From the IMG/VR virus record IMGVR_UViG_3300020045_004669, positions 1 through 44,032 of that record: a stretch of 44,032 nt of DNA; one strand, given 5' to 3'. Of this stretch, positions 25,005-34,894 are shown one piece after another. The DNA comes from a virus. Taxonomy: Duplodnaviria; Caudoviricetes. Within the stretch, counting starts at the first letter, position 1. Every line of letters begins with the position of its first letter. The notes below the pieces were generated by a model. That model had not been told where the DNA came from. It ran no database searches and saw only the letters and a list, made by a program, of their open reading frames with translations. The position numbers and the translations under genes are program-made.

Positions 25005-26801
25005 TTATATATTTTTTAGTTCTAAAAGTTCACATTCTGAAAATTCACTCTCACGATATTGCAATTTCATAACCGCATAGTATTTACCAAATTGTTGAAG
25101 GTAAATAGGTATTTTGGTAGAAAAGTTATAAATATCTTCGGGTTTTAAATAGAAATTTTCTTTAATAAAACGAGGCTTGTTTAATAAGTCCTGTTGAGCT
25201 GAATAGTTGGCTTCTACTTTTATGTTCGACCAAATCAAATCGTTTGGAAATTTCAAATAATTTATTGATCCTGTTCCAATAACTATAGAAATCACATCGT
25301 TGCTTTGTGTTTTTGCGTTCTTAATTAATTCACCACTTACAATCTTAATATCGTATAGCGGGTAATCAATAATAAAATCTGATGTGGAAAACCGCTTACC
25401 GGCTGCAAATTTTAATTCTACTAATTTTGATTCATCCTCTAAATTAAGATTGTCAACAACTAAATAAGCATCGGTAGCTAATAGATTTGTTTCATCCTTT
25501 TTGTATGCCAATGTATTTCTACGTGCATAATTTCCGAACTTAAATTCAACGTCCGAAAGCTCACTCATTCGAGTAGTATTCTTTACTAGCTTATTGCTCC
25601 AATCTTTTGCTAGTGATAAATTATCGTAAATAATCTCCGCACTGAAAAAATCTATCGTTGTAGGCGTTTCATCCGATATTGAAGGAAATAATCCAACTAA
25701 TTGCATCGCTTCAAATATGAAATCAGAACAACTCATATCTGGCAAATTTGGAACTACCGGGAAATACCCTCCAGTTGTCGATGTGTTATAATATCCCACT
25801 TTATTTACTGTTTCTATTTGAAGCGTACCTATCATAGTTACAGTGTAGGTACTAAAGTATTGAATGTAAAAACTATTTGTTTTACTGTCTAAATCAAAAG
25901 TAAATACATTATTAATAACCCAAACAGCCCCGACTAATACTGCATGTATAGTGCTACCATAGGTTAATGTAGTTAAAAGTATGTCGAATGGATTATCTCC
26001 CTCTAAATATAGATTTACAGTTACTGTTGAGTTGGTTATATTTAAATTAGTAAAAACAGGGGTATATACATTTGTCATATCAAAAAAGCCCGAATAATCC
26101 GAAAAATTCAAATCATTTACAGCATTTGTATTTGATATAGGGTCGGTTATTGAAGTGCCAATAGAGCTAACTCCCACACTCTCTTTAAGCGGAAATACTA
26201 CATTTGTGAGGGCTTCGGTTAATCCTGAAAATGATAAACTAAACTCATTTGCAATCTTATTTATTAACCAATTAAAAGTAACTGTAGGGTGTAAAACAGA
26301 AAATGGAACATCTGCATGAGTAGTATAACTTCTATCCTCATTTGTGAATGAATAGAAATCGCACCAGCCAATACCATCATCTATATTGTTTAAATCAATT
26401 GACCTATTCCATGTTAATGAATCTCCAGCTATCTCTTCCAATTCAGTGAGTTTTTTCTCACTCATTGATTTTATCGCTTCAAAAGCTTTCCCAAAAGTGA
26501 AAACGAACTCTATTCTATTGACTATTTTTGTGAGTATCCCTTTCCCGTCGTTGATAAGTCGAAATCCATTATTATAATAATCAACTGAATAGTTTTCATA
26601 AGGAAAGTTACCCGCATAATCGCTACTGTCAGCACCTTCGATAAGTCCTAAATTAGTAGATGTCTTTGGAAGTGAAACTGTCCAACTCCGAGGTGTCGAT
26701 ATTGAATTTATAGATGTGAACAAAAAAGACACAAATTGTAAATCCATTTTTGTTTTATCGTCAAAATCAACCGTTATACCGTTAATTATTAATTCTTTCA
26801 T
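25005..26801 (-). CDS. Tail tip/baseplate hub protein
   Basis: SWTVSLPKTSTN N-terminus, NLPDMSCSDF, IPIYLQQFGKYY C-terminus; adjacent to the tape measure gene. Confidence 0.65.
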   Translation of the reverse strand: MKELIINGITVDFDDKTKMDLQFVSFLFTSINSISTPRSWTVSLPKTSTNLGLIEGADSSDYAGNFPYENYSVDYYNNGFRLINDGKGILTKIVNRIEFVFTFGKAFEAIKSMSEKKLTELEEIAGDSLTWNRSIDLNNIDDGIGWCDFYSFTNEDRSYTTHADVPFSVLHPTVTFNWLINKIANEFSLSFSGLTEALTNVVFPLKESVGVSSIGTSITDPISNTNAVNDLNFSDYSGFFDMTNVYTPVFTNLNITNSTVTVNLYLEGDNPFDILLTTLTYGSTIHAVLVGAVWVINNVFTFDLDSKTNSFYIQYFSTYTVTMIGTLQIETVNKVGYYNTSTTGGYFPVVPNLPDMSCSDFIFEAMQLVGLFPSISDETPTTIDFFSAEIIYDNLSLAKDWSNKLVKNTTRMSELSDVEFKFGNYARRNTLAYKKDETNLLATDAYLVVDNLNLEDESKLVELKFAAGKRFSTSDFIIDYPLYDIKIVSGELIKNAKTQSNDVISIVIGTGSINYLKFPNDLIWSNIKVEANYSAQQDLLNKPRFIKENFYLKPEDIYNFSTKIPIYLQQFGKYYAVMKLQYRESEFSECELLELKNI

Positions 26802-27745
26802 CTTCTTTGATTAAAATCAGTTGGTAATTCAACCATAAATTCAATGTCAACCATGCCTGATCGTTGCGGAGTAACTGCATTATCTTTTATTTTAACTTCA
26901 ATCCATTTGCTATTAGTCCAATACTTAACAATTGGGCTAAACAAAATACTTTCAACAATTGGATATATAGTTTCATCTACTGATTGGAAACATCCGAATG
27001 AACGGTCTTTAATTTTCTCAATTACTTTACCACGTCCAAATTGTGAATCGGTTAATGATAATGGATAATATGGTATAATTTCACCACTCTTTATTTCTTT
27101 TGTAATTTGTCTTTCACGGCTTGCATAAAACATATAATGCCATATTTGACCATGTGTGCCTATCCATTGCAAATAGTGTCCTGTCGGGCATGATTGAGGC
27201 TCAAAAGTTATAGTTTGAACTTTTACTGTGGCTAATTTCGTCTCTTGTGTAAATTGATCTACGGCATCAGACGGTATTGTTTTTACACCTGAATATGTGC
27301 CGTCGTAGCTTTCAGTACTTGTAATTATAGTTTCATCATGATTTTTACTTGAGTTGATCACTAATGGATAACCTGGCCAATATGGAAATTTAAAATCAGC
27401 GTTCGAGTATACTTCATCAAATTGATAAGCACCCCAACGCAATTTCTTTGATACGTCCGTTTGTGTCGTTTCATCGGGTGCCGAAATTGTGAATAAACAA
27501 GTAGCAAAAAATGGATCGTTTGCATTTGCTGAATAATCCAACGCAAAAGTGGCAGCGTTGAAATAGCTTTCAAAAAGTACCGACATATCAAAATAAGCAA
27601 CCGATGCAATGCAATTTCTTTTTAAAGTAATGCCATTTGAAATTAACGTTACTTCTTTAGTCGGAACGCTTGTGTTTTCACATACTACCTTTAATATGTT
27701 TGGTTCAAATATGTAGCAATAATCATTTAAGTTTGATAGTATCAT
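26798..27745 (-). CDS. Tail structural protein (distal-tail-like)
   Basis: YLQWIGTHGQIWHYMF and SILFSPIVKYW motifs; position. Confidence 0.6.
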   Translation of the reverse strand: MILSNLNDYCYIFEPNILKVVCENTSVPTKEVTLISNGITLKRNCIASVAYFDMSVLFESYFNAATFALDYSANANDPFFATCLFTISAPDETTQTDVSKKLRWGAYQFDEVYSNADFKFPYWPGYPLVINSSKNHDETIITSTESYDGTYSGVKTIPSDAVDQFTQETKLATVKVQTITFEPQSCPTGHYLQWIGTHGQIWHYMFYASRERQITKEIKSGEIIPYYPLSLTDSQFGRGKVIEKIKDRSFGCFQSVDETIYPIVESILFSPIVKYWTNSKWIEVKIKDNAVTPQRSGMVDIEFMVELPTDFNQRR

Positions 27746-28215
27746 AATATTTTATGTTCAAGAATTATTGTTCCTATTTGTTTTGAAATGCTGTCATAAA
27801 GTGGTTGATATTCATTTGAAAATATATCATTTCTTCCGCCTTGTTGATATAGCTTTGTTCCAAATTCAAGTATTTTATTTGCTACATTCCACGCAAAAGA
27901 AAAACGTTCTTTAGTCGATTTAAACTCAATACCTAAATAATTTGCCCAATTGTATAACCGTCTACGGAATAAATTAAAATCTAATTTTGCGGCTTCTTGT
28001 GGGCTTGTACCGGTTTCAATGTTTTGGAAGTTTTCACGTCCCCAAACGATTAAACCGTCCACAGCTGCATCCGAGTGCATACTTGTTTGAGTTGAGCCTG
28101 TTTTGGTTAACTTTTTATTTTGAATGTTTTTTCTTACATTCGTCACAAACTTTTTGCCCTCTACATCAAGTGCCGCTTTTATATCGGTCTGTATTTTATT
28201 TATATCGTCAGACAT
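27742..28215 (-). CDS. Putative neck/tail completion protein
   Basis: TGSTQTSM...IETGT...KILEFGT pattern; position. Confidence 0.55.
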   Translation of the reverse strand: MSDDINKIQTDIKAALDVEGKKFVTNVRKNIQNKKLTKTGSTQTSMHSDAAVDGLIVWGRENFQNIETGTSPQEAAKLDFNLFRRRLYNWANYLGIEFKSTKERFSFAWNVANKILEFGTKLYQQGGRNDIFSNEYQPLYDSISKQIGTIILEHKIL

Positions 28216-28619
28216 TTTGAATAAGTGGCTGTTAGATTAAATACTATTCCGTACTCGTTGTAGTTAGTTTGCTTCCAGTTTGGGAAAGGTTTTTGTGAGA
28301 ATGACAATAATACACCTCTACGATGCATTAGGTCTTTAAACGCCTCGTATTTATACATTAAATCTAAAACGTTTTCGTTTATCTTCTCGTGTGCTAATTT
28401 ATCGAATCCAATGTGCACAAAATACAGCGACATTTCACGCTCGTAAGATTGCGAATTATCAAATAATGGTTGAAATGGTTCGTTGAAATTTCTCCAAATA
28501 CAAGGGAATTTATATTGATTTCCTGCCCTTACATTCTGATCGGGAAGATTTTCAGTTATAAACCATGCTAACCCGACTGATTTTGCACAATCATTAAATA
28601 TTTGGTCAAATGCTGTCAT
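28200..28619 (-). CDS. Putative tail terminator
   Basis: 139 aa; position in the head-tail module. Confidence 0.5.
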   Translation of the reverse strand: MTAFDQIFNDCAKSVGLAWFITENLPDQNVRAGNQYKFPCIWRNFNEPFQPLFDNSQSYEREMSLYFVHIGFDKLAHEKINENVLDLMYKYEAFKDLMHRRGVLLSFSQKPFPNWKQTNYNEYGIVFNLTATYSKCLTI

Positions 28620-28620
28620 A

Positions 28621-28746
28621 TTAATTAATTGTTACGTGTCCTTTACAATTTACACAATCATAAGAAAATGTGCTTTGCCCATCATAATATTGTGTTAATT
28701 CAACTGAATGACCACACTTAGGACATTGTTTTATTATTATACTCAT
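28621..28746 (-). CDS. 41-aa zinc-ribbon protein (not in ORF track)
   Basis: CPKCG...CVNCKG; ATGA overlap. Confidence 0.6.
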   Translation of the reverse strand: MSIIIKQCPKCGHSVELTQYYDGQSTFSYDCVNCKGHVTIN

Positions 28747-29306
28747 TTTTTTTCGCTGATTATTTTGTTGTATTTCCTTTGTTTATTGCTTTCTTTTGCT
28801 TGTCTTGAGAAAACGAATATATATTCTACAAGTGGATAATTCCAAGCTTCACTCATGCTTACCCCTCGTTTATCTGCCATTGATAAAACCATTCCTGATA
28901 ATCCATTTTCATCCTTATCTCCATACCCTGCCTTTTTTTCATCCTCTGTCAGTTCAATTTTAATGTTTGAAAACTCTTGAGCGTAATAGTTTGATTTCTC
29001 TTTAACTTCCCAAGCAAAGCGATAAAAATCAATAAGTGGACATTTTGAAAGCCATTTTTCATGATTATTTTTAATACCAAAAAATAATTCAGCATAGGCC
29101 TTCAATAGTTCATTTGTATCTGTAATATCCCAAATCCAAGATTGTTGTAAAATAGTAATCTTCGAATGCTTCATCACCTCAATTCCTTGAATATGCGTCG
29201 GCATTGGAAATTTACTGCACTGCTCTAAAATATCGGTTTTAGTTATGTTTGCAATTGTTAGTATGCTTGCAATTTCTTTTAGTAATGTTTTGTCGGTTAT
29301 TTTCAT
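28743..29306 (-). CDS. Putative tail assembly chaperone-like protein
   Basis: Helical; TEDEKKAG...MSEAWNYPLVE C-terminus. Confidence 0.45.
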   Translation of the reverse strand: MKITDKTLLKEIASILTIANITKTDILEQCSKFPMPTHIQGIEVMKHSKITILQQSWIWDITDTNELLKAYAELFFGIKNNHEKWLSKCPLIDFYRFAWEVKEKSNYYAQEFSNIKIELTEDEKKAGYGDKDENGLSGMVLSMADKRGVSMSEAWNYPLVEYIFVFSRQAKESNKQRKYNKIISEKK

Positions 29307-29782
29307 ATAAAATAGGATAACTTATATATTTCAGAATTATAATCCGTTGGATATATTGCCTCTAATCCATTATTATACAAACTTTCTCTTATATCTCCTA
29401 ACATTTCTACCATATCATTCCATGCCTCATCCATTTTATTTTTTACCGATATACTAATGCTAGTTTCAGCGGAGTGTATTTTTTCTCCCGAATCTGTTGA
29501 ATTGCTTTGATAGGCCGTAATTACATTACAATAAACATAATTAGCAATTGGGCTTGTCAATGTGTTTTCATCTACAATTAATTCAAGTACTGACTCCGGA
29601 ATAATATCACTACCAAATAATTTAATTAATAGCTTTTTTTGATGTTTTGCGATTTGCTGATCTAATCTTGACATAAAATCATCAATAGCCCCATCCGATG
29701 GCGTTCCATTTTCCGCTTGCGTTAACGATAGTGGTAGTTCTATTAGGCTATGAAAATATCTTGAATCTATTTTGTTTTCCAT
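29303..29782 (-). CDS. Putative head-tail connector
   Basis: SPIANYVY...AWNDMV; position after the capsid genes. Confidence 0.55.
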   Translation of the reverse strand: MENKIDSRYFHSLIELPLSLTQAENGTPSDGAIDDFMSRLDQQIAKHQKKLLIKLFGSDIIPESVLELIVDENTLTSPIANYVYCNVITAYQSNSTDSGEKIHSAETSISISVKNKMDEAWNDMVEMLGDIRESLYNNGLEAIYPTDYNSEIYKLSYFI

Positions 29783-29794
29783 TATTTTTAGTAT

Positions 29795-29828
29795 AAAAAA
29801 AGGTGCGATATTTATACCGCACCTTTTT
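29795..29828 (-). terminator. Intrinsic terminator after the head genes
   Basis: AAAAAAAGGTGCG-loop-CGCACCTTTTT. Confidence 0.8.
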
Positions 29829-29830
29829 AT

Positions 29831-29989
29831 TTATTTTGCGGTTTTCTTTGGTTTCTCCGCTTTTACTTCCTGTTTTTCTACTGCCACATTATTTGCAATT
29901 AAGCTGTCTGCGTGGTTATCAACAATGAAGTCTGCCGTATCGCCTTTTTTATGATTGCAATGATTTTTTAAGAAAATAACCGTTTTCAT
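29831..29989 (-). CDS. 52-aa protein following the capsid genes (not in ORF track)
   Basis: MKTVIFLKNH..KKGD...ADSLIANNVA, Lys-rich tail; stops just before the terminator. Confidence 0.65.
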   Translation of the reverse strand: MKTVIFLKNHCNHKKGDTADFIVDNHADSLIANNVAVEKQEVKAEKPKKTAK

Positions 29990-29991
29990 CT

Positions 29992-30444
29992 TTAATTAGA
30001 TTTAAACGATATTTTGACATACTCAACTTTTGATTTCCCACTAGTATTTGTGACCAGTACTTTATAGTATCTGTAGTATTGTTTAGTGGTTATTTCGCTG
30101 AATGGGGCTATAGTATCGGTACTTCCTACCCCTGTCCACGTTACGGTCTTTAAGGTTGAATAAGTATCAGTGCCAAAATGCTTCCCTTGAATAACAATTG
30201 TACATACTCCATTCGCTCCAGTCGTTTTGTCGGAAACTTTAACCCTCGCATTGTAAAAAACACCTTCTGGCTTGTTAAGTTCATAAACATAACTAAACGT
30301 AGTAGCCGTAACAGTACCGAGTGTATCGGTTGCAATGCCTGTATATTCGGAAATCCAAACGCCACCCAGGTTAAGCGTATATGCTTTTTGTGCGTTTGCA
30401 GTAAAAGCAATCATTACTAATAGAAATAAAATAATCTTTTTCAT
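29992..30444 (-). CDS. Beta-rich protein with a Sec signal peptide
   Basis: MKKIILFLLVMIAFTANA-Q cleavage pattern. Confidence 0.7.
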   Translation of the reverse strand: MKKIILFLLVMIAFTANAQKAYTLNLGGVWISEYTGIATDTLGTVTATTFSYVYELNKPEGVFYNARVKVSDKTTGANGVCTIVIQGKHFGTDTYSTLKTVTWTGVGSTDTIAPFSEITTKQYYRYYKVLVTNTSGKSKVEYVKISFKSN

Positions 30445-30504
30445 TTTGATTTATTTTTGATTGTTATAAAATAGTGGGAGTATATCTCAACCCCCACATT
30501 TAAT

Positions 30505-31770
30505 TTATGCTACTGGAATTGTAATAGCGGTTTTAGCGGCTTCAATATCGCTGATTTTCACAAAGTTGTTTTTGTGAGCTTTAACAAATTGCATGCCGTA
30601 GAACTCTCCACGAATTGCGTAACGGTTACGGGCGAAATCGTCATTTATCCAACCGATTTCAAACTCAACATTTTTCACAAAATTGAAAGTTGCTTTTGAG
30701 AAATCTCCAAGCAATACCTCGTTTTCGGTCAAGTATTCGGTTTCAATGATTGGAATGTTTTTCAATGATTTATTTGCATTTGTCAACCAAGTAGGCAAAA
30801 TGTAATTGCCGTTTTTGTCCTTCTGCAAATCCAACTCATTTACCTTGTCAATTGACATCAAAATTGCTGTCGGACGCTGACCTCTTACGGCCTTACGAGA
30901 TTGCAACCAAGCTTTCAACAATACATCCCAAAGAGTTGCTTCTGGTAATTGGATACCGGCTGTAACAAATTCAACAGCATATACAGCTTTCAATCCATTG
31001 ATTTCAGTAGTTCCTGCGCCATTGATGATGGCATCGTTATACTTATTAATCAACTCATCCATCAATTCCTTGCGGACTTCCTGCTCCAGTGTTGGATAGT
31101 TCCATGTTGCTACTTTTGAAATAGGAACAATAGCGGCAATTAATTTTGCTGTTACTTCTTTTTCTGACCATTCATAGTCGATAAATGGTTTAACACCACC
31201 CTCCAAAACGTATTCAGGAACGCCTTCTTTTTTGTTTCGTTCCATCCAAACGTATGGATTTGAACCAACGCCTCCGTTCATTTCTGTAATCAAAGAAGAT
31301 GGTAAAAATTCAGGCAATGTGTTTGCAGCGTCAACTGTTGCATCACGTCTGCCAAGTGTTTTTGGTGCTACGATATTAGCTAATGTAATCGGTTCGGCTG
31401 CTCGAAATGAAATCTTTACAGAACCGCCATTTTTGGTTGCAAGAATTTCTTCTTTTTTTGCTTCAAATTCAGCACGGAAAGAATCCCAAAATCCTCTTGG
31501 CTGTGAATCACCAGCACGCATTCCTTCAATTGTAGTTTGCATTGCAACAATTGTTTCCGCTACTGTTTTACCATTTCCAAGGTCGCCCAATTTCTCACCT
31601 ACTATTTCAGTAGCTTTCAATTCTAAAGCGGTGCGAAGTGTTTCGTTTTCTTTTTGCATTGCATCGAATAAACCACCTGCCAATTGCTCAGCTCCTTGAA
31701 GCTGTTCGTCTGTGTATCCTTTTGCTTTAAATTCGGAACGCAAACTTTCAATAAATACTTCCTTTTTCAT
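30505..31770 (-). CDS. HK97-fold major capsid protein
   Basis: Coiled-coil delta domain, EGGVKP, AIINGAG, QKDKNGNYI, LLGDFS, DDFARN. Confidence 0.92.
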   Translation of the reverse strand: MKKEVFIESLRSEFKAKGYTDEQLQGAEQLAGGLFDAMQKENETLRTALELKATEIVGEKLGDLGNGKTVAETIVAMQTTIEGMRAGDSQPRGFWDSFRAEFEAKKEEILATKNGGSVKISFRAAEPITLANIVAPKTLGRRDATVDAANTLPEFLPSSLITEMNGGVGSNPYVWMERNKKEGVPEYVLEGGVKPFIDYEWSEKEVTAKLIAAIVPISKVATWNYPTLEQEVRKELMDELINKYNDAIINGAGTTEINGLKAVYAVEFVTAGIQLPEATLWDVLLKAWLQSRKAVRGQRPTAILMSIDKVNELDLQKDKNGNYILPTWLTNANKSLKNIPIIETEYLTENEVLLGDFSKATFNFVKNVEFEIGWINDDFARNRYAIRGEFYGMQFVKAHKNNFVKISDIEAAKTAITIPVA

Positions 31771-31781
31771 TTTTTATTATT

Positions 31782-32390
31782 TTAATTGTGTTTTGTAAAT
31801 ATGTTTTTCAATAAATCTTTTTCGATAATTGGTTTTATTGTATTTCCTTCAATTTTTGCATCGCTTCTTACGGTGCAATTTACATCAGCTGGCTCAGGAG
31901 CAAAAGCCACATGTTTAGGCTGCCATTTTAAAGCAGTGTAGCTAATTTTCCCGTCAACTTCCATTCTCATAACATTGAATATGTTTATACCAACAGAAAC
32001 AGTTTTAAGAACTTTGTTTTCTAGGTCTAACAATAAGGCTTCGTCTGCTCTTGCTCCAAGTTTAAATGTCGCTGTAATTTGTCCGTTGCCTATTTCGTAA
32101 GATGTTGAAATACCTCTCAAATCTTCTGCATCTCGTTCCCAGTGGCTCTCAAATAATGGCAACCCAACTTCTAGCCTATCGGTAACAATGGCATCGGGTG
32201 AGCAGCGCAAAACCTCTGTAAATTCCTCGAATGTATCACCATATTTATACCCTTGTAATAAAATAGGGGTTTCGGTGGCAATCACAGCGGTGAATGTTTT
32301 TTCCTCACGATTCACAACAAAAGGGGCATCAACCCTTAATGTTTCAAATCCTAATTCTTTATTTTGAATACTTTTCATATAGTTTGTCAA
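31782..32390 (-). CDS. Prohead maturation protease
   Basis: PLFESH, VSVG, FAPEPAD motifs; between portal and capsid. Confidence 0.85.
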   Translation of the reverse strand: MTNYMKSIQNKELGFETLRVDAPFVVNREEKTFTAVIATETPILLQGYKYGDTFEEFTEVLRCSPDAIVTDRLEVGLPLFESHWERDAEDLRGISTSYEIGNGQITATFKLGARADEALLLDLENKVLKTVSVGINIFNVMRMEVDGKISYTALKWQPKHVAFAPEPADVNCTVRSDAKIEGNTIKPIIEKDLLKNIFTKHN

Positions 32391-33621
32391 GTTGTATTTT
32401 CGTGTCTATACCAGCAAGTTTTAATTCAGAAAGATTTTTTATTAAAATAGAATCTGATTCAAGTTCAAGTTTCCTGTTTGCTTGTAAAAATCCAATCCCT
32501 GTTTTATTTATTGCTATCTTCTCATTTGTAAGCCCGAACATATATGTTAAATCATTACAAATATCATCCGCATAAGAGACAGCAATATCAGACCAAATTT
32601 TAGCCTCTGCAACTTCTTTATTTGTAAATGTCGTTCCTTCTTTGATTGGTAGTAAATCCTTGTCAACTCCATAAACCCCTGCTATTGCTAAAAAATTAGC
32701 CAATGTTTCTTCAAGTGGCATTAAATCTTTGATAGAAACAAGAGTATTTAAACCAGCTAATGGAGTATTCGAAATACCTTTTATTTGTTTATCGCCTGTT
32801 AATCCAAATCTATTGTTTAAATCTGAAACTATACTATCCCTCTTAAGTGGATTAATTGCTGATTCTAAATCATTTGCAACCGTTCTTTGTGGGAATAATA
32901 TATAAGCAGTACCATTTTTTACATAAACATTATATCTTGCTTGATAAACAGCCAATAGATTATTCACATTATTCTTTGCAGCCATCAGTGGGCTCATTCC
33001 CCTATAATCACTTACTGATCTGTTTTTTATATAGCTTTTTGAGTGCAATATAAATTTAGGTGAAATCTTATCTCCAGTTACTGAATAGTCGTAAGTTGAA
33101 ATATAATCATCAATTTGAGCTGCCTTAAAGTAATTTTGCTCACCATTTTTAAGTATTATATCAACCTTGTCAGGCTGCAATAAATGGATTGATTGAACAT
33201 TGTCCTTTGTTATTTTTTCAGTTCCTTCTGGTGTCTTGAAATACATATACCCATTACCGTCTGAAAGTTCACTAAAAACAAAATTATAAATCAAATCAGT
33301 AAATGATCCATCATATATATTTGGTCTTGTTAATAACTTTTTTAGTGTACGAGACATCTGTATTTCTTTTCCAGCTGAATTTTCCAAATGAACGGTATTA
33401 AGAAGTTTTGCCACTTTTTCAGCAATGCAATCAATTGGAAAAAATACCTCTGCAAGTTGTGAAGCTATTACATAACCGTTAGCCTCTGTAAGTGTTTCGG
33501 GTGTAATCGAGTCGGACAGGTTCATATATGTGAAAAATGAACCATCCGACAAGGTGGTAATTTTACCATCTGTAGCCGTTGTTTTAGCTCTTTTCCAATT
33601 TAAAAATCCTAATCCTGCCAT
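32359..33621 (-). CDS. Portal protein (HK97-like)
   Basis: LLTRPN, GNGY, YRGMSPL, IAGVYGVD..L, TFTNKE. Confidence 0.9.
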   Translation of the reverse strand: MAGLGFLNWKRAKTTATDGKITTLSDGSFFTYMNLSDSITPETLTEANGYVIASQLAEVFFPIDCIAEKVAKLLNTVHLENSAGKEIQMSRTLKKLLTRPNIYDGSFTDLIYNFVFSELSDGNGYMYFKTPEGTEKITKDNVQSIHLLQPDKVDIILKNGEQNYFKAAQIDDYISTYDYSVTGDKISPKFILHSKSYIKNRSVSDYRGMSPLMAAKNNVNNLLAVYQARYNVYVKNGTAYILFPQRTVANDLESAINPLKRDSIVSDLNNRFGLTGDKQIKGISNTPLAGLNTLVSIKDLMPLEETLANFLAIAGVYGVDKDLLPIKEGTTFTNKEVAEAKIWSDIAVSYADDICNDLTYMFGLTNEKIAINKTGIGFLQANRKLELESDSILIKNLSELKLAGIDTKIQLDKLYEKYSK

Positions 33622-33639
33622 TTATGTGTTATTTATTTG

Positions 33640-33692
33640 CAAAAATATAGTTTAATGATAAAGTTATTTATATCTTTGTCAAAAATATGACA
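33640..33692. promoter_or_regulatory. Divergent promoters sharing box B
   Basis: Minus TATTTTTG (33640-33647), 29 nt, TGTCA-N6-TGACA (33677-33692); plus TATCTTTG (33671-33678) overlaps the box. Confidence 0.7.
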
Positions 33693-33983
33693 TATATGAT
33701 ATATACAGTTACGACCTATTCAACTACATTCCATCCTTCAAAATCAGAGCGTACAGTTAGACGGATGATAAAATCTAAATTGCTACCCGAAAATCACATT
33801 ATTAGCAATATAGGGAGTCATTTATTTATTAACGTAATGACAATCACTGAAAAGGCAGAGTATTATTTGGAAAAGGCAATTGAGTATAATCTAAATAAAA
33901 ATAAGTGTATTTCATCAGTTGTAAAATTCTGCATTGAAAATGATTTGAGTGTTAAGTTGTTTTGTAAAATAGTAGGCGTATGA
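33687..33983 (+). CDS. Putative HTH transcriptional regulator (candidate late activator)
   Basis: YTVTTYS...KSERTVRRMIKSKLLP HTH-like segment; divergent from the portal gene. Confidence 0.6.
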   Translation: MTYMIYTVTTYSTTFHPSKSERTVRRMIKSKLLPENHIISNIGSHLFINVMTITEKAEYYLEKAIEYNLNKNKCISSVVKFCIENDLSVKLFCKIVGV

Positions 33984-34363
33984 AAAACCAAAAGCTATTA
34001 CCAATAATAAATTATTGGACAGAATACAATAAGCTTAATTCAACACCCGCAGAGGTACTAATGGCTTCAAAATTACGCTTTCATGAAATAGCATTTGAAG
34101 CAGAATATCCAATACTTACAGAGCGTTCTTTTTTTACCGCTGATTTTTATTTGCCAAAGCATGGGTTATTGATTGAAATTGACGGGGAAATACACAGCCA
34201 AATAGAAATACAAGCTAAAGACTTTGTTAAAGATATGGTTTATAAATCATTCGGCTATCATGTACTAAGGATCAAAAACATGGAGGTTGAATTTTTCAAT
34301 CTTGATTTTATCAAAAAATATAAACCAAAAAGAATTTCACAATATCAAATCGTAAAAAAATGA
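33980..34363 (+). CDS. DUF559/Vsr-like endonuclease
   Basis: TPAE...ADFY...IEIDGEIH...D..KD....GYHVLRI. Confidence 0.85.
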   Translation: MKNQKLLPIINYWTEYNKLNSTPAEVLMASKLRFHEIAFEAEYPILTERSFFTADFYLPKHGLLIEIDGEIHSQIEIQAKDFVKDMVYKSFGYHVLRIKNMEVEFFNLDFIKKYKPKRISQYQIVKK

Positions 34364-34677
34364 CAAACAAGAAAGAAACTCCAAAAACTAGAATTGAATT
34401 AATTAGTAATGTTGACTTTATTTCTCAATTTGTATCTGATTTAGATACAATAAAATCTGATAGGCTTAGAAGGATTTCTCCACCAAATGGATTTAGATAT
34501 AAGAAAGACTTTATCGATAAATTGATGCAACTCGACAGCTTTACGGTTGATTATTTTATTCGAAATATATTTGATATTATTGATAAAAAATCAAAACTAC
34601 AACCATTTGTTAGAAATGGTATGTTGCAAGTTTGGAATATTTCAGTACATAATTTTATATATAATTTAAACAAATAA
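34360..34677 (+). CDS. Hypothetical protein
   Basis: ATGA-coupled ORF. Confidence 0.6.
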   Translation: MTNKKETPKTRIELISNVDFISQFVSDLDTIKSDRLRRISPPNGFRYKKDFIDKLMQLDSFTVDYFIRNIFDIIDKKSKLQPFVRNGMLQVWNISVHNFIYNLNK

Positions 34678-34681
34678 CAAA

Positions 34682-34894
34682 ATGATCGAACTAGGAAGAA
34701 TAGGAGTACTTGCAGGAAAGAAAGTAAAAGCTATACAGGCTACAGAAGAGGGTTGCAAGACATGCACTTTTATTAATGTATGTGCTAGACATAGCGCAGT
34801 AACATATTTTAATAATGCACCTAAATTGCATTTAGATTGCATGGCTAAATATAGATTTGATAATATCAGCGTTTACTTTTTAAAAATTAAATAA
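34682..34894 (+). CDS. Small Cys-rich phage protein
   Basis: GCKTCTF..C...C...R.D..SVYF pattern. Confidence 0.6.
   Translation: MIELGRIGVLAGKKVKAIQATEEGCKTCTFINVCARHSAVTYFNNAPKLHLDCMAKYRFDNISVYFLKIK

Noticed and set aside
33624-33637. Sixth box A copy 33 nt upstream of the 33671 promoter
   Set aside because: Only the left half matches (ATGTGTTA); suggestive spacing but too degenerate in AT-rich DNA to call.
33980-34363. Restriction-modification system formed by the DUF559 nuclease and the methyltransferases
   Set aside because: The genes are unlinked and the nuclease is Vsr-like; nothing in the sequence supports cognate pairing.
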